Below, one piece after another: positions 16,553-24,435 of a DNA stretch of 32,124 nt. The stretch's first letter is position 1. Every line of letters starts with the position of its first letter. The notes under the pieces are model-generated. The model made no database searches and had not been told where the DNA came from. It saw only the letters and a list, made by a program, of their open reading frames with translations. The stretch spans positions 30,312 through 62,435 of the forward strand of contig DAOOCG010000001.1 in NCBI GenBank assembly GCA_035408245.1, given 5' to 3'. This DNA is from Minisyncoccota bacterium. Its GTDB lineage: Bacteria > Patescibacteriota > Minisyncoccia > UBA6257 > JAGOQP01. The position numbers and the translations under genes are program-made.

Positions 16553-18313
16553 TTATACTTCTATTATCACGGGAAGAACCATTGGTCTTCGCTTGGTTTT
16601 ATTATACACGAATTGACCGACTTGGTCTTTAATCATGTTTTTCAGATAATCGGCTTCAAGAGATTGAAATCGAGGAATCTTTCCGATTAAACCTTTTATC
16701 TTTTTGCGCAACTCCTCAACCATTTCTTTGTTTTCTTTAAGATAAATGAAACCTCTGGAAATTATATCCGGATTCTTGAGAAATTGCCCCGTGCGTCTAT
16801 CAAGGGTAACAATAACCACCATCATTCCTTCTTGAGCCAGCAACACTCTGTCTCGGACGACCACTTCCTCAACGTCGCCTACGCCCAATCCATCAACCAT
16901 AACGTAATAAGCCGGCACATTTCTGTCGGAAATCCTGATTTTATCTGTGGCAATTTCAACAATTTGACCGTTATCAACCAAAAAACAATTTTCTCTTTCT
17001 ACTCCCGTTTCAACTGCATTTTCAACATTGGCGGCGCGCATAAAATACAATCCGTGAATCGGGATAAAAAATTTAGGTTTAATGATATCAATAATCATTT
17101 TAAGATCTCCCGATGGTCCATGACCGCTGGCGTGAACATCAATATGTTGGGTTTGAATAACTCTGGCTCCTTGACGAGTGAGATTATCTTTAAGGGTTTG
17201 AACGGGTTTTTCGTTACCCGGAATAACAGAGGCTGAAAATATAAAGGTATCACCCTTTTTAACTGTTATATGTTTGCTTTCGCCATTAGCTATCTTCATT
17301 AGACTTGCTTTTGGCTCTCCTTGGGCTCCGGTGGCTAAAATAAGAATTTTATCATCGTGGTATTTATGAAGTTCTTCTAAAGGAACAATCAATCCTTTAG
17401 GAACCTTTATGTAGCCGAGATTTTGAGCGGCGTTAACGTTGGATTTTAGTGAAAGACCGCTTAGAAAAACTTTTTTAGTGTGCTTCTCGGCAATTTTGAG
17501 AATATCTGATGCTCGAGTTAAAAGAGAAGCAAATAAACCGACAATAATTCTGCCTTTGGCTTTACTGATTAATTCATCTAGATTTTTTTCTACAATTCTT
17601 TCGGACATGGAATTTCCCGGCGCTTCGGCTCTGGTGCTTTCCAAAAACATAGTGTGAATTTTGTGTTTGGCGATGTCATGAAAAACATCAAGTCGTTGAG
17701 GTTTTCCATTAATGTCATAATCTACTTTGATATCGCTAAAATAAGCAAAGTTGCCTACCGGAGTTTTAAAAACTATTGAAATTGAATCGGGAATGGTGTG
17801 TTCCGTTTCAAAAAACTCAGCTTCTATATTGGGAGAAAGCCTTAATCTGTCGCCATTTTTAACTACTTCAATATTAAGTTTGGGAGCATTGGGAAATTCA
17901 CCCTGTCTTTTTTTAACAATTTCTTTTGTTAATGCGGCCGTGTAAATAGGAATATTGGGGCCTAATTTTCCAACCAAATAAGGTATTGCACCAATGTGAT
18001 CATAATGTCCGTGAGTTATAACTATAGCCCGAACATTTTTCTTTTTGGGTATCAAACTGGTGATATTGGGAATAATATAGTCAATTCCGGGGGTGTCTTC
18101 CTCGGGGAATTGTAATCCCATATCAACAATTATAATTTCATCTCCATATTCCAAAACAGACATATTACGACCCACTTCTTCCAATCCACCCAAAGGAATA
18201 AATCGGACAATTTTCTGATCTTTTTGAGGAGATGTTGGACGCTGAGTTCTTGGGGGGCGTCTAACCCCGGTTTTTGTCGATGTATTCATTACATTTTGTT
18301 TATTAGTAAACAT
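16553..18313 (-). CDS. rnj: Ribonuclease J
   Basis: 586 aa. MBL motif THGHYDHIGAIPYL, beta-CASP region, HASGH motif and a C-terminal domain. Basic N-terminal extension. Confidence 0.85.
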   Translation of the reverse strand: MFTNKQNVMNTSTKTGVRRPPRTQRPTSPQKDQKIVRFIPLGGLEEVGRNMSVLEYGDEIIIVDMGLQFPEEDTPGIDYIIPNITSLIPKKKNVRAIVITHGHYDHIGAIPYLVGKLGPNIPIYTAALTKEIVKKRQGEFPNAPKLNIEVVKNGDRLRLSPNIEAEFFETEHTIPDSISIVFKTPVGNFAYFSDIKVDYDINGKPQRLDVFHDIAKHKIHTMFLESTRAEAPGNSMSERIVEKNLDELISKAKGRIIVGLFASLLTRASDILKIAEKHTKKVFLSGLSLKSNVNAAQNLGYIKVPKGLIVPLEELHKYHDDKILILATGAQGEPKASLMKIANGESKHITVKKGDTFIFSASVIPGNEKPVQTLKDNLTRQGARVIQTQHIDVHASGHGPSGDLKMIIDIIKPKFFIPIHGLYFMRAANVENAVETGVERENCFLVDNGQIVEIATDKIRISDRNVPAYYVMVDGLGVGDVEEVVVRDRVLLAQEGMMVVIVTLDRRTGQFLKNPDIISRGFIYLKENKEMVEELRKKIKGLIGKIPRFQSLEADYLKNMIKDQVGQFVYNKTKRRPMVLPVIIEV

Positions 18314-18353
18314 ATTTTTTATTTAGTGATAAGAGTGAAATTTTTAATATTTA

Positions 18354-18362
18354 ATTATAACA
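18354..18362 (-). promoter_or_regulatory. Extended -10 element (TGTTATAAT) upstream of rnj
   Basis: Minus strand reads TGTTATAAT about 40 nt upstream of the rnj ATG. Confidence 0.4.
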
Positions 18363-18382
18363 ACTAAAAGATTTACACTTTG

Positions 18383-18466
18383 TGCCCCGAGAGAGATTCG
18401 AACTCTCACGTCCGTGAGGACACTAGCTCCTGAAGCTAGCCTGTCTACCAATTTCAGCATCGGGGC
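18383..18466 (-). tRNA. tRNA-Leu(CAG), class II with long variable arm; CCA not encoded
   Basis: Hand-folded cloverleaf. Acceptor GCCCCGA/UCGGGGC. D stem CUG/CAG. Anticodon stem CUAGC/GCUAG with loop UUCAGGA. Variable arm GUCC..GGAC. T arm GAGAG-UUCGAAU-CUCUC. Discriminator A. 84 nt. Confidence 0.9.
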
Positions 18467-18534
18467 TTAGACGATTTTTATTAATTTTATTTAAGAACTT
18501 TTTCACAAACCAAACAATCAATAACTACAATATT

Positions 18535-19302
18535 TTAGACAAAAATATTTTTAGTGTTGATTACCGTCGGTTGAGCGAGGAAAGAAAATTTTAACGGGTT
18601 TTTTATAAAATCCAAGTAAAGGGATCTATTTGAGGATATGCCAAAAGGCAGATTAATTTTTTTCACCAAACGCAGAGAAACAGATTTTTTGTAAGACGAA
18701 TTTTTCAAGAAATTTATTTTTGTTCCATTTCTTATCGGATACCAGGCAGGCCCGGAAGTTTTTTTAAAAAAGGAATAATCCGAAGAATTTTTTTTATTGG
18801 TAAAAATATTGGCAATCACTAACGGTTTTTGCGGTAAATTGTTGACTATAATGTGAGCACAATGCCCCGGGATTATTATTTTTTGTCCTTTTGTTCTTTT
18901 TATCACCCAAAATAATTTATTTTTGGTATCGTGTAAAAGGAACAGAGCTGAACCGGAAATTACCTGGTAAATCTCATTTTGTCTTAATCCTTGGGAGTTT
19001 TGTTTGTGAATATGCCCGATGGTGTGGGGCGCCTCTTTTCCCACAATTTCTTTTCCTATAACTGTAACATCATAACGAACCCCGTATTTTTTGAATATGG
19101 CTTTATCTTTGTTAAGACAATAATTCCTATAAACATAATATAAATTTATATTTTTGTCCAGTGAAGAATCTTTAAAGAATTTTTTGTAATCGTTGTATTT
19201 TTTTATTTCTTTTTCCGGATGGTTTAAATCAGTCTTAATAATCGGAATCATACCGGATAATATCAATGGAATGCCGGCACTTTTTGATAGATTAAGCGGC
19301 AT
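18535..19302 (-). CDS. Cupin-type (archaeal-type) glucose-6-phosphate isomerase-like protein
   Basis: Cupin motifs TIGHIHKQN...NEIYQVISG and GQKIIIPGHCAHIIVN align by eye with Pyrococcus cPGI TKGHFHA...EVYVALKG and GTVVYVPPYWAHRTVN, as recalled from memory. Confidence 0.6.
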   Translation of the reverse strand: MPLNLSKSAGIPLILSGMIPIIKTDLNHPEKEIKKYNDYKKFFKDSSLDKNINLYYVYRNYCLNKDKAIFKKYGVRYDVTVIGKEIVGKEAPHTIGHIHKQNSQGLRQNEIYQVISGSALFLLHDTKNKLFWVIKRTKGQKIIIPGHCAHIIVNNLPQKPLVIANIFTNKKNSSDYSFFKKTSGPAWYPIRNGTKINFLKNSSYKKSVSLRLVKKINLPFGISSNRSLYLDFIKNPLKFSFLAQPTVINTKNIFV

Positions 19303-19307
19303 ACTTT

Positions 19308-20981
19308 TTATTTGAATATCCTCTTAGTTTTAACATACCAATCCATTACGTAGATAAAGCGATCTTCCGGGAAATTAATCGTTTCCATATATACTCCTGG
19401 AATGCTGTGTTTATAAACATAAAAATAACGAGGAGAGGCGAGGAATATCGCCGGAGCATCTGAAGCAATAAGTTCCTGCAGTTTATCAAGTTGGTTTTGT
19501 CTTTCGTTACTTTGCGGATCAACCGACCTGGAGTTTTCTATTAATTGATCGGCCTGGCGACTGTCATAGAGCGCAAGATTCAGACCCGGGTAGAATTTTT
19601 GGGAAGAGTGCCAAAAAGAATAAAGATCCGGATTTGGAGAGATTATATTTCCAAAAAGAAGGGCTTCATAATCGCGAGTTTTGATAATTTCTTCAGCTAT
19701 ATTTTTTTGATCAATAAAAACTATATCCGTCTTTATCCCGATTGAGTTCCAGGCGTCTTTGATAAATAAAGCCATGGAATTGAGAGGATAAACATCGGTT
19801 GTTTTTATCGTTAATCCCAATTGAAGAGTTTTATTCTTATCCTGTTTTTTACTCCATGTATTGGTGTCTGAATTTATTTGCCAACCATCTTGTTCTAATA
19901 GGGATTTGGCTTCCTCAATATTGAAAGAATCCCGGGATTCAATTGATGGATTGTAATAAGAAAGTGTTGATGGGATTGGTCCGTGTTCAATGGATGCCTC
20001 ATTATTAAAAGACTGACTAACCAAGTCTTTTTTATTAATTGATTTTTCAAGAGCCAGTCTTACCAACGAAGAAGAAAGCGCTTCATCGGCATTCTGGTTG
20101 AGAAATATAGCGTAATATTTTGAGGTCGGTAATTTTAAAGTAGTGGAGTTAAGTTTTATATCTTTAAGTTGATCGGGATTGCTTGTTCCAAATCCGTCTA
20201 TTGCGCCAATGTTATACGAACGCATCAAATTTTCTTCGTTCTCAAAAAATTTAAAGATAAATGTTTTAATATGAGGAACGTCGCCTAAAATGTTGTAATT
20301 ATCATTAACTTTCAAAGCGTAGGCAGTAATAAACCCATCTCGCCTTTTTTCCAAATAATCATACATAAACGGTCCGCTTCCTATCGGCTCAAATGTATAT
20401 GAAGAAAGCTTTATATGAGCCGGGGAAATATCGGCAAAAAGTTTTTTTGGTACTGGTCTAAGATCTTTTAATATATTCTCAAACAGAGAATATGGACTTG
20501 TTAGTTCAAATTTCACTTCCCGTTCACTTATTCTGGAAACGGTTATATTTTGCCAATTTGAGAAAAGTGGCGACAAAGTATCTTGATTTTGGATGGTCTG
20601 AACGCTGAATATAACATCATCGCTGGTAATCAGCGTTCCATCGTGCCATAGAGCCCCCTCTTTGATTCTAAGAGTCCAATTTCTATAATCTTTATCGTGT
20701 TTTATGCTTTCGGCTATATTTACTGCCGATGCAAATATTAAAGAGGTTAAATCGGAATCTGGGGAAGAATTTTTAGCCAGAAGAGGATTAACATAAGATG
20801 GTTGTCCGACAACACCCTCAACAAAAGATCCGCCGTCATCCGGAGCGGCGGCGGTTTGCGCATTAAACGTCGCCAAAGCAAGCAAAATACCCGACACAAG
20901 ACAAATAATAGCTGTGCCTATCCAGACAAGACGCTCCCCTTTGGAGAATGTTTTAAAAATCTGTGCGATCAAAGATGTCAT
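19308..20981 (-). CDS. ABC-transporter family-5 solute-binding protein (OppA/DppA-like), N-terminal TM anchor
   Basis: 557 aa. GALWHDGTLITSDDVIFS signature region of SBP_bac_5. Anchor LVWIGTAIICLVSGILLALATF. No permease or ATPase genes adjacent. Confidence 0.75.
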   Translation of the reverse strand: MTSLIAQIFKTFSKGERLVWIGTAIICLVSGILLALATFNAQTAAAPDDGGSFVEGVVGQPSYVNPLLAKNSSPDSDLTSLIFASAVNIAESIKHDKDYRNWTLRIKEGALWHDGTLITSDDVIFSVQTIQNQDTLSPLFSNWQNITVSRISEREVKFELTSPYSLFENILKDLRPVPKKLFADISPAHIKLSSYTFEPIGSGPFMYDYLEKRRDGFITAYALKVNDNYNILGDVPHIKTFIFKFFENEENLMRSYNIGAIDGFGTSNPDQLKDIKLNSTTLKLPTSKYYAIFLNQNADEALSSSLVRLALEKSINKKDLVSQSFNNEASIEHGPIPSTLSYYNPSIESRDSFNIEEAKSLLEQDGWQINSDTNTWSKKQDKNKTLQLGLTIKTTDVYPLNSMALFIKDAWNSIGIKTDIVFIDQKNIAEEIIKTRDYEALLFGNIISPNPDLYSFWHSSQKFYPGLNLALYDSRQADQLIENSRSVDPQSNERQNQLDKLQELIASDAPAIFLASPRYFYVYKHSIPGVYMETINFPEDRFIYVMDWYVKTKRIFK

Positions 20982-21203
20982 TTATCGTACAAAAAGATTG
21001 GCTAAAGAAACTGCGGCAAACAAAACCAAACAAACAATGGTTCCAATATAAATATATTTTTCTATTCCTCGGCGTTGTTGATAAAAACCCGAGCCACCCC
21101 CTCCAAAAGCTTCTGAAACTCCGCCTCCTCTTTCTTGAAGAAGAATTAGTATAATTATCAGCACTGAAAGAACTAACTGGGCTATTTTAAAAGCAGTATT
21201 CAT
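20982..21203 (-). CDS. secG: Preprotein translocase subunit SecG
   Basis: 73 aa, two TM helices with the characteristic LLQERGGG...GGGGS glycine-rich loop. Confidence 0.8.
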   Translation of the reverse strand: MNTAFKIAQLVLSVLIIILILLQERGGGVSEAFGGGGSGFYQQRRGIEKYIYIGTIVCLVLFAAVSLANLFVR

Positions 21204-21246
21204 AGTTTATTTTAAGAATCAAAATTAAAACGAATTTGATCGCGGC

Positions 21247-21627
21247 TCACTCTTTGTAGGCTCTTTTGCCAAAGAACCCCATTACAAAGTGAACTGCACT
21301 TATGATCAGGGTAGCATAAACGAGCGGATAAAGTCCAGCCGAAAAATCTATAGTGATCCCTAAAGGGTAGATCTTATAGAGTATGTAGAGGATTAAAGCA
21401 TTCACAATAATCACTCCCAACCCAAAAGTAAGCAGTATGATTGGTCCCAAAACCAATTTAAGTATTGGTCGGACTAAAATATTGAGAACGGTGAAAACTC
21501 CAGCCAGCTCAAGATAAGTAACAATATCAGAACTAACCGTAAAACCGTTAACAAAATAAGCAGCCAAAGCCAAAGCGATAATATTAGTGACAAAAAGTAT
21601 TATTATTCGGGAAATGAGCTTTATCAT
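21247..21627 (-). CDS. Phage_holin_4_2 / DUF360-family membrane protein
   Basis: 126 aa, 4 TM. VTNIIALALAAYFVNGF...NILVRPILKLVLGPIILLTFGLGVIIVNALILY matches the DUF360 pattern. Confidence 0.65.
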   Translation of the reverse strand: MIKLISRIIILFVTNIIALALAAYFVNGFTVSSDIVTYLELAGVFTVLNILVRPILKLVLGPIILLTFGLGVIIVNALILYILYKIYPLGITIDFSAGLYPLVYATLIISAVHFVMGFFGKRAYKE

Positions 21628-21815
21628 TGAAATTTTAATTTAATAATAAATTGAGGCTGAATAAACCTTCATAATCTGTATTTATTGTACATCTTTTTCC
21701 GTTATCCACAAATAGAATAGCCTTTTGAAGCTTATTAGCTTATAATTATCATTATAAACATAAGAAAGGTCGATTTTTTGTCGAAACAATCAATTTATTA
21801 AATTAATTTATAAAT

Positions 21816-22496
21816 ATGCTTACTACATCATGGTCGGAAGTTATTATTAGATCTTTCCAGACTGCCTGGGAAACGGTTGTCAGTTTTCTTCCGTCACTTT
21901 TAGCGGCGATTTTAGTTTTAATCGTCGGTCTTTTAGTTGCTTCTGTTTTGAAGGCTATTCTTGAAAAGATTATTAGCGCTCTAAAACTTGATTCATTACT
22001 CAAAAAAATCGGTTTAGAGGAAATAGTTGAAAGAGCCGGTTACAAAATGAGCAGCGGAAAATTTATTGGAGCTTTGGTTTATTGGTTTGTGGTTGTTGTT
22101 ATAGTTCTTGCCGTATCCGATGTTCTTGGTCTTTGGGGCTTATCAACTTTCCTTAATGAAGTGCTTTTGTATTTCCCAAATATCATTGTGGCTGTTCTTA
22201 TTATGTTAGCGGCTTTGGTAATTGCCAATTTCCTTCGTGGATTGGTAAGGGGTTCCATTGCCAGTGCTAAGTTACATGCTCCTAAATTTTTAGGAGTTCT
22301 AACTTGGTGGTCCGTAGTTATCTTTGGATTCTTGGCGGCTCTTTTGCAACTTGGTGTTGCCGGAACTCTTATTCAGACGATAGTAATGGGTATCATTGCT
22401 ATGTTGGCCTTAGCTGGAGGAATTGCTTTTGGTCTGGGCGGAAAGGATTATGCGGCCCATCTTATTGGGAAGTTTCGCAATCACACAGAGGAATAA
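21816..22496 (+). CDS. Conserved-TM-helix repeat membrane protein (mechanosensitive-channel-associated type)
   Basis: 226 aa. Repeated units of the type LPSLLAAILVLIVGLLVASVLKAILEKII.. / PNIIVAVLIMLAALVIANFLRGLVRG. Confidence 0.5.
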   Translation: MLTTSWSEVIIRSFQTAWETVVSFLPSLLAAILVLIVGLLVASVLKAILEKIISALKLDSLLKKIGLEEIVERAGYKMSSGKFIGALVYWFVVVVIVLAVSDVLGLWGLSTFLNEVLLYFPNIIVAVLIMLAALVIANFLRGLVRGSIASAKLHAPKFLGVLTWWSVVIFGFLAALLQLGVAGTLIQTIVMGIIAMLALAGGIAFGLGGKDYAAHLIGKFRNHTEE

Positions 22497-22507
22497 TTTG
22501 TGATTTT

Positions 22508-22539
22508 AAAAACACCCCCAATTTAAGGGGGTGTTTTTT
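22508..22539 (+). terminator. Rho-independent terminator
   Basis: AAAAACACCCCC-aatttaa-GGGGGTGTTTTTT, 12 nt after the stop. Confidence 0.85.
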
Positions 22540-22545
22540 GTGATA

Positions 22546-22574
22546 TTGACTGGGCGGTGCTTTATTTGTATGTT
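22546..22574 (+). promoter_or_regulatory. Sigma70-like promoter of the 151-aa orphan gene
   Basis: TTGACT-17 nt-TATGTT, followed by GAGGAGGG and the ATG at 22601. Confidence 0.55.
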
Positions 22575-22600
22575 TATTTCAGAACGTTGAGGAGGGTGTG

Positions 22601-23056
22601 ATGGCTAAGAAAATAAAGACGCTTAGGGGATCTGTTTTGGATGTTATTAAAAAGAATGGGGGGTGTATTTCTGTAAGCGATCTTATATCTGGTGTCAGAT
22701 TGGGAGGATCTTTTCATGGTGATATTGTTGGAGATGTATATGATGTTCTTGAAAATTTATCTCAAGAAGGTGTTATTGTTTGGGATAATAAAAGAAGAGG
22801 TTATCAATCTTCCATTTATCTTTTGGGTGATGTAGCAGATTCTATTCTTGATACCATCATTGCAACTGAAGAATATAAGATTCAAGCCATTAAAAAAGAT
22901 ACCAAATCTAAGGTAATAGATCTTATCAACGGGCATCAGAAAGAAGATCACATATTTGTTCAGATCGGTGTTGGTTTGGATGATATGAGACAAACAGTAA
23001 GAAAGTGCAGTGTTTGTGGACATATTGATATCGGCCCGATTGATCCAAAGAAATAA
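22601..23056 (+). CDS. Hypothetical protein with a winged-helix-like N-terminus and a C-terminal CxxC (orphan, SD-led)
   Basis: GGAGG lies 5 nt upstream of ATG 22601 (the track starts at GTG 22598). VLDVIKKNGGCISVSDLISG...VLENLSQEGVIVWD resembles a wHTH. CSVCGH near the C-terminus. Confidence 0.6.
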   Translation: MAKKIKTLRGSVLDVIKKNGGCISVSDLISGVRLGGSFHGDIVGDVYDVLENLSQEGVIVWDNKRRGYQSSIYLLGDVADSILDTIIATEEYKIQAIKKDTKSKVIDLINGHQKEDHIFVQIGVGLDDMRQTVRKCSVCGHIDIGPIDPKK

Positions 23057-23059
23057 CAA

Positions 23060-23083
23060 CCTCTCAATTTGAGCGGTTTTTTT
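23060..23083 (+). terminator. Candidate rho-independent terminator
   Basis: CCTCTCA-att-TGAGCGG (one mismatch) followed by TTTTTTT. Confidence 0.5.
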
Positions 23084-23099
23084 AAAATAATGTTTTTGT

Positions 23100-23128
23100 T
23101 TGACTTGAATTAATGCGTTTGGTATAGT
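23100..23128 (+). promoter_or_regulatory. Sigma70-like promoter of nusA
   Basis: TTGACT-17 nt-TATAGT, about 55 nt upstream of the nusA ATG. Confidence 0.6.
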
Positions 23129-23139
23129 TTGTTTATCAG

Positions 23140-23161
23140 ATCCGCCGGTTGCCGAGCGGAT
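23140..23161 (+). promoter_or_regulatory. GC-rich hairpin in the nusA leader (possible attenuator)
   Basis: ATCCGCCGG-ttg-CCGAGCGGAT (one bulged A) followed by a U-rich tail, TATTTAATAAAT, located between the predicted -10 and the ATG. Confidence 0.4.
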
Positions 23162-23183
23162 TATTTAATAAATAAAATAAAAT

Positions 23184-24380
23184 ATGTTTGATATCAAAGC
23201 TTTAAATAAAGCAATTGAGCAATTAGCGGGCGAAAAAGATCTTAATCCGTCTCAAGTTCTTGAGGCTGTGGAGGCGGCGCTTGCTTCGGCTTACAAAAAA
23301 GAATATGACAAAAAGGGCGAAGTAGTTCGTTGCACTATTGATGCAAAAGCTAATGAAATAACTTTCTTTCAGGTAAAAACTGTTGTTGATGAAAACACAG
23401 TTCGTTTTCCAAAAGAAGGAGAAGAAGTTGAAGAAAAACAACTCACCCAAGAAGAGATTGAAAATTTGTTGCCTCTTTATAATTCTGACAGGCATATTTT
23501 GATTGAGGATGCCAGGAAAGTAAAATCCGATGCTCAAATCGGAGAAGAATTGATATTTGATATTGATCAACCAACTTCTGATTTTGGCCGTATTGCCGCT
23601 CAAACAGCCAAACAAGTGGTTCTTCAAAAACTTAGGGAGATAGAAAAATCTTCCGTTAAAAGCGAGTTTGAAAGCAAAATCGGCACTCTTGTGAGTGGAA
23701 TTGTTCAAAGGGTGGAAAGAGGAAATGTCTTTGTGGATCTTGGCAAGGCATCGGGTGTTATGTTTTTCTCCGAAGGAATTCCGGGAGAACATTATAGAAT
23801 CGGAGAAAGATTGAAGTTTTATCTTTCATCTGTTCAAGAAGGAGGAAGGGGACCTCAATTGGTTTTATCCAGATCTCATCCTAAATTTATAGAAAAACTA
23901 TTTGAATTAGAAGTTCCTGAAATTGCCGATGGAGTCGTTCAGGTTAAGGGAATTGTCCGTGAACCGGGAAGCCGAACAAAAATTGCCGTTGCTTCCACCG
24001 CTGAAGGAGTTGATCCCGTTGGCGCTTGTGTTGGGCAAAGGGGGGCTCGGGTAATGGCGGTCAACAGCGAGGTGGGTAGTGAAAAGATAGATATTATTGA
24101 TTGGTCAGAAGACGAATCGGTTTATGTTGGAAATTCTCTTTCTCCGGCGACAGCTTCATCCACAAAATTAAAAGATCATCACGAAGCGCTTGTTTTAGTT
24201 CCTGAAGATCAATTAAGTTTGGCGATAGGAAAAGGCGGTCAGAATGTCAGATTAGCCGCTAAATTAACCGGATGGAAAATAGACGTTCGATCTCAATCCA
24301 ATCCGGATATTGTTCAAAGTGATGGGACTGCTGTGGCTGAAGAAGATGATTCCAAAAAAGAATCGGACGATGAAGAATAA
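23184..24380 (+). CDS. nusA: Transcription termination/antitermination factor NusA
   Basis: S1 domain GTLVSGIVQRVERGNVFVDLG. KH domains GACVGQRGARV and LAIGKGGQNVRLAAKLTGWKIDV. Acidic C-terminal tail. Confidence 0.9.
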   Translation: MFDIKALNKAIEQLAGEKDLNPSQVLEAVEAALASAYKKEYDKKGEVVRCTIDAKANEITFFQVKTVVDENTVRFPKEGEEVEEKQLTQEEIENLLPLYNSDRHILIEDARKVKSDAQIGEELIFDIDQPTSDFGRIAAQTAKQVVLQKLREIEKSSVKSEFESKIGTLVSGIVQRVERGNVFVDLGKASGVMFFSEGIPGEHYRIGERLKFYLSSVQEGGRGPQLVLSRSHPKFIEKLFELEVPEIADGVVQVKGIVREPGSRTKIAVASTAEGVDPVGACVGQRGARVMAVNSEVGSEKIDIIDWSEDESVYVGNSLSPATASSTKLKDHHEALVLVPEDQLSLAIGKGGQNVRLAAKLTGWKIDVRSQSNPDIVQSDGTAVAEEDDSKKESDDEE

Positions 24381-24435
24381 ATTTCATTTAACTTATTATT
24401 AAATTTTTAAAATATATTAATTTATATTTCTGTTT

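Noticed and set aside
16784-17236. Long antisense ORFs inside rnj (150 aa), and likewise inside nusA (23223-23792, 189 aa) and hppA (several)
   Set aside because: They are embedded in genes with unambiguous conserved motifs on the other strand, and no independent signals support them.
18383-18534. tRNA-Leu as a possible genomic-island integration site
   Set aside because: No integrase and no visible direct repeat of the tRNA 3' end. The flanking genes (rnj, pgi-like, SBP, secG) are ordinary chromosomal genes.
21702-21710. Perfect DnaA box TTATCCACA in the 188-bp AT-rich divergent intergenic region (possible oriC)
   Set aside because: There is only one perfect box, plus one 1-mismatch box (TTATAAACA) nearby. 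No dnaA/dnaN neighbourhood and no box cluster. A single 9-mer match in 64 kb of two-strand AT-rich sequence can plausibly arise by chance.
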